Source of the DNA: Methylobacteriaceae bacterium
GTDB lineage: Bacteria; Pseudomonadota; Alphaproteobacteria; Rhizobiales; Beijerinckiaceae
DNA length: 64,000 bases
Reading direction: 5' to 3'
NCBI GenBank assembly: GCA_040380755.1
Contig: JBEIIL010000001.1
Coordinates: 3,418-67,417, forward strand
Made by a program: the position numbers and the translations under genes. Position 1 is the first letter of the stretch. Each line of letters opens with the position of its first letter. Below, in pieces: positions 45,299 through 55,125 of the stretch. The notes beneath the pieces were generated by a model. The model saw nothing but the letters and a program-made list of their open reading frames with translations. It made no database searches and had not been told where the DNA came from.

Positions 45299-45739
45299 GG
45301 AACGTTCCCTTCGAGTCTTTTGGACGGGCCGCGCACGACGAACCGGCGACCGTTGAGAGAACTTTACTCATCACTCCGGGCCGATTGGCAAGCGACCACG
45401 ACCAACTCAGGAGGACGTAGGGGATCGCCGATTGCGTGTGTTAAAGGGTCGAAAATGGCCGAAAAGGTGGCGAAAGACGGTCATTTTATCACAATTCACT
45501 AAAGTTCATATCGAAACTGTCTGCAGATAGACCATTATTCCTCCACCACGCCTCTGCAATTGATCCGTTCGCTCCGTCCGCCTCTGGCGTGTTTGTGTGG
45601 CAGCGTTGCCGATCCGCAACAGCGTTGCGCCAAACCTGAGCCCGGGCGTTGCTTGCGAGCGCCACGCTTGCGGCAAACGGCCTGCAACGACAAAATCGAT
45701 TGAGTGGCCCGCAAGTGGCCGTGTTGTGCAGGAAACGCC

Positions 45740-46587
45740 ATGAAACTCGTTCGATTCGGCAAGGCTGGCGCCGAGAAGCCCGGCATCGTCGATGCCGACG
45801 GCATCGTCCGTGATCTATCCGCCCATGTGGCCGACTTCGCGGGAGCCGCGCTCAACCCGCGCAACCTCGCCAAGCTGAAGAAGATCGACCCCAAGAGCCT
45901 GCCGGCCGTCCGCAAGGGAACGCGGCTCGGCTCATGCGTGGCGCGGCCAGGCAATTTCATCGCCGTCGGGCTGAACTTCGCCGACCACGCCGCCGAGACA
46001 GGCGCGGCAATTCCAGCCGAGCCGATTCTGTTCAACAAGGCGCCCAACTGCGTGCAGGGCCCCGACGACACCATCGTCATTCCGAAGGGCGCGAAGAAGA
46101 CCGACTGGGAGGTCGAACTGGCGGTGGTGATCGGCCGCACGGCCCTGCATGTCGAGGAGAAGGACGCACTCGGCTACATCGCCGGCTACTGCGTCTGCAA
46201 CGACATCTCCGAGCGCGAATTCCAGGCCGAGCGTGGCGGCCAGTGGATGAAAGGCAAAAGCGCACCCACCTTCGGGCCGATCGGCCCGTGGCTGGTCACG
46301 CCGACGAGATCAAGGATCCTCAGAACCTCGCCATGTGGCTGGAGCTCAACGGCAAGAAGGTCCAGAACGGCTCGTCGAAGACCATGATCTTCGGCGTCGC
46401 CCACCTGATCGCCTACATCTCGCGCTTCATGCAGCTGGATCCGGGCGACGTCATCACCACAGGAACGCCGCCGGGCGTCGGCCTCGGCATGAAGCCGCCG
46501 AAGTTCCTCAAGGCCGGCGATACCATGCGGGTGGGCATCGCCGGGCTCGGCGAGCAGAGCCAGAAGGTCGTCGCCTTCGAGGCCTAG
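45740..46587 (+). pseudogene. Fumarylacetoacetate hydrolase (FAH)-family protein with a 1-nt frameshift
   Basis: Frame A reads MKLVRFGKAG...KSAPTFGPIGPWLVT. Frame B continues ADEIKDPQNLAMWLELNGKKVQNGSSKTMIF...TGTPPGVGLG. The two frames share nt 46300. The span of 848 nt is consistent with a 1-nt deletion. Confidence 0.85.
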
Positions 46588-46635
46588 CCGCGACATCCGG
46601 GGCGCTGCACCAGGCAGCGCCCCGCTTTCGGAGTG

Positions 46636-47562
46636 TCAGTCGATCCCGAGCATCAGCCGCAGGTTCTGCACGGCAGCGCCGGACGCGCCCTTGCCGAGAT
46701 TGTCGAGGCGGGCCACGAGCACCGCCTGCCGGTGCGTCTCGCTGCCATAGACGCGCAGCTCCAGCCGGTTGGTGTCGTTGAGGGCCTCGGGCTCGAGCTT
46801 GCCGGCGGCGAGATCCGCATCTTCAGCCGCGATGACCTTGACGGTGTCGCTCCCGGCGTAACGGGCGGCGAGCGCCGCACGCAGATCAGCGACGGATGGG
46901 CGACCGGGCAGCGTGTCGAGGTGCAGCGGCACGCTGACCAGCATGCCCTGGCGAAAATTGCCGACCGAGGGCACGAAGATCGGCCGCCGGGTCAGGCAGC
47001 CATAGCGCTGGAGCTCAGGCAGGTGCTTGTGCGCCAGGCCCAGCCCGTAGAGCTCGAAGGCCGGGGCCGTGCCGGCCTCGTAGGACTCGATCATGCTCTT
47101 GCCGCCACCCGAATAGCCGCTCACGGCGTTGACACTGACCGGATGATCGGCGGGCAGCAGGCCGGCATCGACGAGCGGGCGGATCAGGGCGATGCCGCCG
47201 GTCGGATAGCAGCCCGGATTGGACACGCGCCTGGCAGCCCGGATGGCATCGGCCTGCCCCGGCGTCAGCTCGGCAAACCCGTAGGTCCAGCTCTCGGCGA
47301 CGCGGAAGGCGGTTGAGGCATCGAGCAGGCGCGGCGCGGCCGAGCCGAGCTCGTCGGCCAGCCGGGCCGATTCCTTCGAGGCCTCGTCGGGCAGGCAGAG
47401 CACGACCGCATCCGCCTGCGCCATCAGGTCCTTGCGGGCGGCAGGATCCTTGCGCAGTGCCGGCTCGATGGCGAGCAGCGTGACGCCGTCCATGCGGCTC
47501 AGCCGCTCGCGGATGCCAAGACCGGTGGTGCCTGCCTCGCCGTCGATGAAGATTTTTGCCAT
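46636..47562 (-). CDS. argC: N-acetyl-gamma-glutamyl-phosphate reductase (short type-2 ArgC)
   Basis: Start MAKIFIDGEAGTTGL with RBS GGAGGA. Contains SNPGCYPTG (catalytic Cys). Confidence 0.92.
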   Translation of the reverse strand: MAKIFIDGEAGTTGLGIRERLSRMDGVTLLAIEPALRKDPAARKDLMAQADAVVLCLPDEASKESARLADELGSAAPRLLDASTAFRVAESWTYGFAELTPGQADAIRAARRVSNPGCYPTGGIALIRPLVDAGLLPADHPVSVNAVSGYSGGGKSMIESYEAGTAPAFELYGLGLAHKHLPELQRYGCLTRRPIFVPSVGNFRQGMLVSVPLHLDTLPGRPSVADLRAALAARYAGSDTVKVIAAEDADLAAGKLEPEALNDTNRLELRVYGSETHRQAVLVARLDNLGKGASGAAVQNLRLMLGID

Positions 47563-47983
47563 AGCAGTATCCTCCATTCCGTCCTTACCCCGCAGGGTCG
47601 GCCCGGCCGGGCTCAAGCGCCCGTTCTGTCCAGTCTGGTTCCTATGCCGCGTTCAATCGCAGCCCTGCATCGGCTGACACCGCGCACCGGGCGCGGTGAC
47701 GACAGCGGTCATCGTCGCGAGCGGCGCGCAACAGTCGCGCACGCTGGCGCGGACGGGGGCAGGTTCACGGTCATGGCGGCTGCATGCCGGAGGACCTGCC
47801 CGCTGTCAACGGGTCTGCGGCGTGCCCGGCCGGGCCGGCGCGGTCGAAACCAGCGGGCAAGCTTAACCGTGAAGTGACTTGCCTCGGATCGGCGGCTCCA
47901 TAATTGTGTCACATCGGCTGCGCGACGCTGCAGCCACAACCAGAACGGCGGGCTGCCCAAAGCCCGCCACCAGGAGGACCACT

Positions 47984-48970
47984 ATGTCGAAGCCGTTTCC
48001 GGCGATGGGCCCCGTGCTCGCCGCCGCCGTCCTTGTTGCCGGCCTTGCCGGTCCGGCCGCCGCGCAGCAGGATTGGCCGAAGAAGCCCGTCACCCTGATC
48101 GTTCCGTTCGCCGCCGGCGGCGGCACCGATGCTTTCGCCCGGCCGCTGGCTGCTTTCTGGGAGAACAAGCTCGGCGTGCGGATCCTGATCGAGAACAAGG
48201 CCGGGGCCGGCGGCACTGTCGGCGCTTCGGCCGCCGCGAAGGCGGCGCCGGACGGCTACACGCTGTTCATCGGGGCCGCCCACCACGCCATCGCGCCGGC
48301 GCTTTATCCGAAGCTCGACTATGACATCGAGAAGGATTTCGTGCCGATCGGCGTGATCTCGGTGGTGCCGCAGGTCGTGGTCGTCAACCCGCAGAAGATC
48401 ACCGCCAAGACGATGGCGGAGTTCATCGCCGCGGCCAAGGCCAAGCCGGGGACGCTGAACTTCGCGTCGGCAGGCCACGGCACGACCCATCACCTGGCCG
48501 GCGAGCTGTTCAAGCTGGTCACCGGCACGCAGATCACCCATGTGCCCTACCGCGGCGCCGGTCCTGCGATGACTGATCTGGTCGCCGGCCATGTCGACAT
48601 GATGTTCGACGGGCTGGGCTCCTCGGCGGAGCGCATCTCCGGTGGCCAGCTGCGGGCCCTCGCAGTGGCGGCCGACAAGCGCTCGCCCAGCTTCCCCGAC
48701 GTCCCGACCGCGGCAGAGGGCGGCCTGCAGGGCTATGTGGTCTCGACCTGGTACGCCCTGTGGGCGCCGAAGGGCACGCCACCGGCGATGGTCGAGCGGA
48801 TCCAGGCCGAGCTGAAGTCCACCCTGTCGCAGCCGGCGACGAAGGAGACCTGGTTCCGCAACGGCTCGGACATTCCCGACCTGTATGGCGAGGCCTTCGG
48901 CCGGTTCGTCTCGGCCGAGGTGGTGCGCTGGGGCAAGGTCGTCCGGGACGCGAACGTCAAGCTGGACTGA
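47984..48970 (+). CDS. Bug-family (TctC-like) substrate-binding protein
   Basis: Start MSKPFPAMG with RBS AGGAGGA. AAAQQDWPKKPVTLIVPFAAGGGTD. Paralogue of 1522..2502. Confidence 0.9.
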   Translation: MSKPFPAMGPVLAAAVLVAGLAGPAAAQQDWPKKPVTLIVPFAAGGGTDAFARPLAAFWENKLGVRILIENKAGAGGTVGASAAAKAAPDGYTLFIGAAHHAIAPALYPKLDYDIEKDFVPIGVISVVPQVVVVNPQKITAKTMAEFIAAAKAKPGTLNFASAGHGTTHHLAGELFKLVTGTQITHVPYRGAGPAMTDLVAGHVDMMFDGLGSSAERISGGQLRALAVAADKRSPSFPDVPTAAEGGLQGYVVSTWYALWAPKGTPPAMVERIQAELKSTLSQPATKETWFRNGSDIPDLYGEAFGRFVSAEVVRWGKVVRDANVKLD

Positions 48971-49055
48971 GCGCGCCGGGACGATCGCCGTCGCAGCCCG
49001 GCGGACCGGGGGCCTGCCAAGGGCGGGCGTCCCGGTCCACAGCCCTGCGACAACG

Positions 49056-49088
49056 AAAAAGAGCGGCCTGAGCCGCCCTTCTGTTCTT
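49056..49088 (-). terminator. Intrinsic terminator after rpsI
   Basis: On the minus strand, GGGCGGC-UCAG-GCCGCUC is followed by UUUUU. Confidence 0.6.
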
Positions 49089-49122
49089 CGCAAACCAGTC
49101 GAACAAACGACCGGAAATAGCT

Positions 49123-49602
49123 TCAGCGCTTGGAGAACTGGAAGCTGCGGCGAGCCTTCTTGCGGCCGTACTTCTTGCGCTCGACGACGCGGCTGTCGCG
49201 GGTCAGGAAGCCAACCTTCTTGAGCACGCCGCGCAGGTCGGGCTCGTAATAGGTCAGCGCCTTGGCAAGGCCGTGGCGCACCGCACCGGCCTGGCCGGAG
49301 AGACCGCCGCCCGCCACCGTGACGGTGATGTCGTACTGGTTCAGCCGGTTGGCCACCAGCAGCGGCTGCTGCAGGATCATGCGCAGCACCGGACGGGCGA
49401 AATAGGTCACCACGTCACGCTCGTTGATGACGATCTTGCCGGCGCCGGGCTTGATCCATCCGCGGGCGACCGCGTCCTTGCGCTTGCCGGTGGCGTAGGC
49501 ACGACCGAACTTGTCGAGCTTCTGGACATGGACCGGGGCCTCGGCCACGGCCGGGGCGACGGCGCCCTTGAGATCCTGGAGGGACTGGAGGGTTTCGGCC
49601 AT
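49123..49602 (-). CDS. rpsI: 30S ribosomal protein S9
   Basis: 159 aa ending [17 protein letters not shown]. The upstream part of the track ORF is an artefact. Confidence 0.97.
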   Translation of the reverse strand: MAETLQSLQDLKGAVAPAVAEAPVHVQKLDKFGRAYATGKRKDAVARGWIKPGAGKIVINERDVVTYFARPVLRMILQQPLLVANRLNQYDITVTVAGGGLSGQAGAVRHGLAKALTYYEPDLRGVLKKVGFLTRDSRVVERKKYGRKKARRSFQFSKR

Positions 49603-49604
49603 GA

Positions 49605-50069
49605 TCAGGCGCTCCACACGTTCTTGCGGTTGAGGACGCCGATGTCGATGGCAACGGGCGACTGGGCAGCGTGGGGATGCTCGGCGCCCTTGTAGACGCG
49701 CAGATTGCCAAGCTGCTTGCGGCCAAGCGGACCGCGCGGGAGCATGCGCTCGACAGCCTTCTCGACGATCCGCTCGGGGAAGCGGCCCTCGAGGATGAAC
49801 TTGGCGGAGCGCTCCTTGATGCCACCCGGGTAGCCGGTATGGTGGTAGTACACTTTCTGCTCGCGCTTGCGGCCCGTGAACGCCACCTTCTCGGCGTTGA
49901 TCACGATGACGTTGTCGCCGCAGTCGACATGAGGCGTGAAGATGGGCAGGTGCTTGCCGCGAAGCCGCAGGGCGATGAGCGAGGCGAGCCGGCCGACCAC
50001 GAGACCTTTCGCGTCGATCACAACCCACTTCTTCTCGACCTCGGCGGGCTTGGCCGAATAGGTCTTCAT
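49605..50069 (-). CDS. rplM: 50S ribosomal protein L13
   Basis: [30 protein letters not shown], canonical L13. Confidence 0.97.
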   Translation of the reverse strand: MKTYSAKPAEVEKKWVVIDAKGLVVGRLASLIALRLRGKHLPIFTPHVDCGDNVIVINAEKVAFTGRKREQKVYYHHTGYPGGIKERSAKFILEGRFPERIVEKAVERMLPRGPLGRKQLGNLRVYKGAEHPHAAQSPVAIDIGVLNRKNVWSA

Positions 50070-50241
50070 GGAACCGTTCCGTTGATGGGCCGCGGGCCAA
50101 GGCCGGCGGCGTCGGGACCGAAGGGCCGGACGCCCTTCAGGGATGGGCGGTCCTACCGCAGGCCGGCGTGATCGTCAACGCGAACTTGCGCTCCGATTGG
50201 CGAAAAACCAGCCTGTTTTCATCAGCTTGCTATATGCGGTA

Positions 50242-50691
50242 TCATAATACCGTATCCTGTCCCGTTTCAGGGATGGCGTAGGTCGCGGTCGCATGCGCAA
50301 CGATGGCGTCGGAATCCTCCGAGCGCAGGGCGACGTCGCCGCTGGCCAGCCGCCGTCCGACGCGGAACAGGCGGCACTCGGCCAGCAGGGCTGCCGGCTG
50401 TGGTCGGCGCAGGAAGGTGATGTTGAGGTTCGACGTCACAGCCTGGTCGACGGGACCGATTGCTCCCAGCAGGGCGACGAAGAGGGCCAGATCCGCCAGC
50501 CCCATGATCGATGGCCCCGAGATCGTCCCGCCCGGCCGCAACTGGCTCGGATGATAGGCCATCCGCACCGTGGCGCCGTGCGGCACGAGCGATGTCACCG
50601 AGTAGATTCGGCCATGGATGAGGAGTTCGGGAAACACCTTGTCGAGGAAGGCCTCGACCTGCGGGATCGTCATGACGGGATCGGACGCCAT
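50242..50691 (-). CDS. PaaI/hotdog-fold thioesterase
   Basis: Start MASDPV with RBS AAGGAG. The GGTISGPSIMGLADLA block is typical of PaaI-type thioesterases. Confidence 0.8.
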   Translation of the reverse strand: MASDPVMTIPQVEAFLDKVFPELLIHGRIYSVTSLVPHGATVRMAYHPSQLRPGGTISGPSIMGLADLALFVALLGAIGPVDQAVTSNLNITFLRRPQPAALLAECRLFRVGRRLASGDVALRSEDSDAIVAHATATYAIPETGQDTVL

Positions 50692-50740
50692 CGGCGCTCC
50701 TTCTTGGTTGCAGCCACGGGCGGCGGCGACGGGTGGACGG

Positions 50741-51703
50741 TCAGTCGAAGACTTCGTCGGCCCGGCCCAGGATGGTGGCGGGAAGGTCGAGGCCAAGGCT
50801 GCGGGCCGTGCGCTGGTTGATCACGAGTTCGAACACGGTCGGGCGCTCGATCGGCATCTCCGCCGCGCTGGCGCCGCGCAACAGCAGCGCCACCTTGCGC
50901 CCAACTCCGGTATAGAAGGCGGCCCGGCTGGGACCATAGCCGACCAGGCAGCCGCGCTCGGCCATGTCGCGCCATTCGCAGGCGGTGGCCAGCCCTGCCT
51001 TCGCGGCCAGATCCAGGATCAGGGTTGTGTCGCGGAAGAACACCGGATTGGACGTCACCACGAGGCCCTTCGCGCCCGCCGCCCGGGCCTCGCTCATCGC
51101 GCCTTCGTAGTCGGCCGGGCCCGACGCCGTCACGAGGACGGTGGGGAAGGCGCCCTGCCGGCCTGCCTCGCGCATGAGCGGTTCGCTCAGGCGGGCACTT
51201 GGAAAGTCGCGGAGCAGCATCCCGGCCACCGGCACGCCCGGACCGAGGATCTGCCCGAGCAGCTCCATCCGCTTCGCATCGAGATCGGCGCCCAAAATGG
51301 CAAAGCCGGTGACGTTGCCGCCCGGCCGGGACATCGAGGCAGCCAGGCCGAGGCCGACAGGATCGCCGCCCGCCGAGACGATCGGAATGGTGGTGGTCTC
51401 GGCCCGCAACGCGACCAGCGGCCCGCCTGAAATCGGCACGATGACGCTGGGCTTTTCAGCGACGATGGCGCGCGCCAGTGCCGGGAACTCGGCTTGCGAG
51501 CCGGAGCGGATGTCGACGACAAGGTTGCGCCCCTCGATGAACCCGGCGCGCGCCAGCTCAGGCAGCACCCAGCGGCGGATCGCCCCTTCGGACGAGGTGA
51601 TCGGCGACAGGAACGCCAATCGCGCCGGCGCCTGGGCGGCCGCGGCCGCGACCGTCACCAGCAGAGCGAGGGCGGCGAGAACGACGGCGCGCATGGGGTC
51701 CAC
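50741..51703 (-). CDS. ABC transporter substrate-binding protein (ABC_sub_bind/PF04392-like), solitary
   Basis: Signal peptide, then RLAFLSP...GFIEGRNLVVD...PIVSAGGDPVGLGLAASMSRPGGNVTG pattern. No cognate permease or ATPase adjacent. Confidence 0.8.
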   Translation of the reverse strand: MDPMRAVVLAALALLVTVAAAAAQAPARLAFLSPITSSEGAIRRWVLPELARAGFIEGRNLVVDIRSGSQAEFPALARAIVAEKPSVIVPISGGPLVALRAETTTIPIVSAGGDPVGLGLAASMSRPGGNVTGFAILGADLDAKRMELLGQILGPGVPVAGMLLRDFPSARLSEPLMREAGRQGAFPTVLVTASGPADYEGAMSEARAAGAKGLVVTSNPVFFRDTTLILDLAAKAGLATACEWRDMAERGCLVGYGPSRAAFYTGVGRKVALLLRGASAAEMPIERPTVFELVINQRTARSLGLDLPATILGRADEVFD

Positions 51704-51818
51704 CGTGACTGTGGCCGGGGCGGAGAAAGCCGATGACGAAGATTAGCGCCCGCGGCCAGGGCCGGCAACATGCGCCAGCCCGGTTGACGGGTGCGTGCGT
51801 CTGGTCGACGCTCTGCCG

Positions 51819-52628
51819 ATGAGCGCCGCCGCCGACCTCCCCCTCCCCGTCCTGCACCGATCCGACCGCGACGGCATCGCGACGCTGACCCTCGACCGTC
51901 CGCGGGCGCTGAATGCGCTGTCCGACGCGCTGATTGCCGCCCTCTCGGAGGCGCTGGCCGAGATCGCCGCCGATCCGGCGGTGCGGGTGGTGGTGCTGTG
52001 CGCCCCCCCCGGTCCGGTCTTCTGTGCCGGCCACGACCTGAAGGAGATGACCGCACGGCGCGCCGATGCGGACCGCGGCCGTGCCGCCTTCGCTGACACG
52101 CTCGGGCGGTGCGCCGCCATGATGCAGGCCATCGTCGCGCTGCCACAGCCGGTCATCGCCGCGGTCGAAGGCTTGGCCACTGCGGCGGGCTGCCAGCTCG
52201 TGGCCAGCTGCGACCTGGCGATTGCCGGGGAGAACGCGACGTTCTGCACGCCAGGCGTGCATATCGGGCTGTTCTGCTCCACCCCCATGGTGGCGCTGTC
52301 GCGCAATATGGCGCCCAAGCACGCCATGGAGATGCTGCTCACCGGTGCGCCGGTGTCGGCTACGGATGCGGCCCGGATGGGTCTCGTCAACCGGGTCGTC
52401 CCCGCAGGGACGGCGCTCGAGGCGGCTCTAGAGCTCGCCGCAACGATCGCCGCCAAGGCGGCGCCCGTGCTGGCTGTCGGCAAGCGGGCGTTTTACGCTC
52501 AGTCCGAGATGGGGCTTGCCGACGCCTATGCGCATGCGGCCGCCGTGATGGTGGAGAACATGCTCGCCCGCGACGCGCAGGAGGGCATCGGCGCCTTCCT
52601 GGAGAAGCGCGAGCCGCAATGGCGCTGA
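51819..52628 (+). CDS. Enoyl-CoA hydratase/isomerase family protein
   Basis: Crotonase-fold blocks IATLTLDRPRALNAL, FCAGHDLKEM and VIAAVEGLATAAGCQLV. A GTG alternative start lies at 51795. Confidence 0.88.
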   Translation: MSAAADLPLPVLHRSDRDGIATLTLDRPRALNALSDALIAALSEALAEIAADPAVRVVVLCAPPGPVFCAGHDLKEMTARRADADRGRAAFADTLGRCAAMMQAIVALPQPVIAAVEGLATAAGCQLVASCDLAIAGENATFCTPGVHIGLFCSTPMVALSRNMAPKHAMEMLLTGAPVSATDAARMGLVNRVVPAGTALEAALELAATIAAKAAPVLAVGKRAFYAQSEMGLADAYAHAAAVMVENMLARDAQEGIGAFLEKREPQWR

Positions 52629-52719
52629 GGCAGCGCACGGCAGCGCGCTTGACCGTCGTCCCCGATCGGCCGCATGCCCGTCCCGGGCGGCGCCGGGCCG
52701 CCGCGGAGATCCGTGTCGC

Positions 52720-53409
52720 GTGGACCTGCTGACCGCCGAGGAATGGACCGCCCTGACGCTGTCGCTGCGCATCGCCTTCTGGGCGACGGCGGCGAGCCTG
52801 GTTCCCGGCATTCTCGTGGCGCTGGTGCTGGCGCGCGGCCGGTTCCCGGGGCATGGCCTGCTCAACGCCCTGGTGCATTTGCCGCTGGTGCTGCCACCGG
52901 TTGTGACCGGATGGTTACTGCTCGTCAGCTTCGGGCGCCGCGGCCCGGCCGGACAGGCGCTGGAGGCGTGCTGCGGGATCGTGCTGTCGTTTCGCTGGAC
53001 CGGCGCGGCGCTGGCCGCGGCGGTGATGGCGTTTCCGCTGCTGGTCCGGGCGGTGCGACTGTCGATCGAGGCGGTCGACCGCGGCCTCGAGGAGGCCGGC
53101 GGGACGCTGGGTGCCTCCCCTGCCTGGGTGTTCCTGACCGTCACCCTGCCACTGGCCTGGCCGGGCGTGCTGGCCGGCGCCGTCCTGGCCTTCGCCAAGG
53201 CGCTGGGCGAGTTCGGCGCCACCATCACGTTCGTATCGAGCATTCCGGGCGAGACGCAGACGCTGGCCGCAGCGATCTACGGCTACACACAGGTGCCGGG
53301 CGGCGACGGACCTGCGCTTCGGCTCGTCGTCATCGCCGTGGTGGTGTCGATGGCGGCCCTCGTGGCCTCCGAGATGCTGGCGCGGCGCATGCGGGCGCGG
53401 CGACCCTGA
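52720..53409 (+). CDS. modB: Molybdate ABC transporter permease ModB (no modA/modC adjacent)
   Basis: GTG start. LTAEEWTALTLSLRIAFWATAASL...HLPLVLPPVVTGW and the EAA loop EEAGGTLGASPAWVFLTVTLP. Confidence 0.85.
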   Translation: MDLLTAEEWTALTLSLRIAFWATAASLVPGILVALVLARGRFPGHGLLNALVHLPLVLPPVVTGWLLLVSFGRRGPAGQALEACCGIVLSFRWTGAALAAAVMAFPLLVRAVRLSIEAVDRGLEEAGGTLGASPAWVFLTVTLPLAWPGVLAGAVLAFAKALGEFGATITFVSSIPGETQTLAAAIYGYTQVPGGDGPALRLVVIAVVVSMAALVASEMLARRMRARRP

Positions 53410-53471
53410 GCGGTGCGGAGCGCGGCGCTGCCGGCTTCCGCCCCGCATCGGCTGCCGTTACAAGAGCCTGC

Positions 53472-54022
53472 ATGAGCCATGACCAGTACCCCGACGAGCT
53501 GATCCGCGGCATCCTGAGCGCCACGCGCAGCATCGCGCTGGTCGGCGCCTCGGCCAATCCGGCGCGGCCGAGCTGGATCGTGCTGAAATACCTGATCGAA
53601 CGCGGCTTCGAGGTCATTCCGGTCAATCCGGGGCTGGCCGGCACCACCATCCTTGGCCAGACCGTCTATCCCAGCCTCGCGGCGCTGCCCGGGCCGGTCG
53701 ACATGGTGGAGATCTTCCGCAACTCCGAGGCCGCCGGCCCGATCACCGACGAGGCGCTGGCGCTCGATCCGCTGCCGAAGGTGATCTGGATGCAGCTCTC
53801 GGTGCGCAATGACGCGGCCGCCGCCCGGGCCGAGGCGCGCGGCGTCACCGTCATCATGAATCGCTGCCCGAAGATCGAATATGGCCGTCTCTCGGGCGAG
53901 ATCGGTTGGCAGGGAATCAATTCGCGGATCCTCTCTCGGCCAAGCGCCCGACCATGGCCGAGAAGGGCTTCCAGAAGCGGACACTGGGGCCCGGCTCCAA
54001 CCCGTTCGGGGCGAAGCGCTAG
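53472..54022 (+). CDS. CoA-binding domain protein (YccU-like), probable 1-nt frameshift near the C-terminus
   Basis: MSHDQYPDELIRGILSATRSIALVGASANPARPS...NRCPKIEYGRLSGEIGWQGINSRILS. The in-frame continuation is an Arg-rich tail overlapping the convergent gene. The -1 frame from 53936 reads SAKRPTMAEKGFQKRTLGPGSNPFGAKR-TAG(54020-54022), which is Lys-containing and homologue-like. Confidence 0.7.
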
Positions 54023-54043
54023 CGGCCTACCGAAGGCTGGCCA

Positions 54044-54655
54044 TCACCACAGGCTGGCCTTGGCGCGGGCCGGCCATTCGCGGTCATAGGGCTCCCCGCC
54101 GACGGTGCCTTCCGACAGCGCCGCCAGGATGGCGCCGGGCGTCGGCAGCGACGCCGGGCCGACATGGTGGGCCGGGTCCCACAGCGCCGATCGCACGATG
54201 GCGCGGGCGCACTGGAAATAGATCTCCTCGATCGTGATGACGATGACGCAGCGCGGCTCGTTGCCGTCGACGGCAAAGGATTCCAGCAGCGCCGGCGCCG
54301 TATCCAGATGGGCGCGGCCATTGACGCGCAGGGTCGTGCCCGAGCCCGGAATGAGGAACAGCAGGCCGACCCGGGGGTCGCGCACGATGTTGCGCAACGA
54401 GTCGACGCGGTTGTTGCCTCGGCGGTCGGGCATAAGCAAGGTCCGGTGGTCGGCGATCCGCACTGTCCCGCCGAGTTCGCCGCGAGGCGAACAGTCAAGA
54501 CCCTCGGGCCCGCACGTGGCGAGCGCGACGAAGGGCGATGCCTCGATGAGGGTGCGGTAATGCGCCGTGACATGGCGCGTGACCTTCACCGTCGACGCAT
54601 CATTGGGGACGCCATAGAGACGGTCCAGCGCCTCGAGCGACGTGATCCGCGTCAT
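54044..54655 (-). CDS. Pyridoxamine 5'-phosphate oxidase-family (PPOX-type FMN-binding) protein
   Basis: Start MTRITSLEAL. Contains FVALATCGPEGLDCSPRG...GNNRVDSLRNIVRDPRVGLLFLIPG...LRVNG. The upstream part of the track ORF is an artefact. Confidence 0.8.
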   Translation of the reverse strand: MTRITSLEALDRLYGVPNDASTVKVTRHVTAHYRTLIEASPFVALATCGPEGLDCSPRGELGGTVRIADHRTLLMPDRRGNNRVDSLRNIVRDPRVGLLFLIPGSGTTLRVNGRAHLDTAPALLESFAVDGNEPRCVIVITIEEIYFQCARAIVRSALWDPAHHVGPASLPTPGAILAALSEGTVGGEPYDREWPARAKASLW

Positions 54656-55125
54656 GCAGGGTCTCCTGCCAAACCTTGCGCCGAATCTCCCGCGACTGGC
54701 CAATGACCGTTTTAGCGCACACGCATGGCGGTTCGACAACCGGGCGGCGACGGCATGACGACGCCGGGACGTCGTCGTCAGTCTTGTGCGGGACCGCGTC
54801 CGCTGCTGAGGGAGGCGGCCAACCGGAGGCATCGCAAGACAAACGACATCCGACCGATGTGTCGCTGACATGACGCCCGCAAGACACGACAGCGTGCCGA
54901 AAGCGGCGGCTGCCTGACCGCGCATTTGGTCCCATTTGCGGCAGAAGCCCGACGGTTCCGGTCCCGTCCTGGGCTTGGCCGGCACAGTGTCACACTGCAC
55001 GGCGTCCTTGCAGTGCGGCAGTCCGAGTGCCAAACATCGCGACGGTCGCGCTGCGGCCGGCCCCGCTTGTCCCCCGTCGAGGACGCGGAACAGGCCTTGA
55101 GCCTCGGCGGACCGTGGAGAACCCC

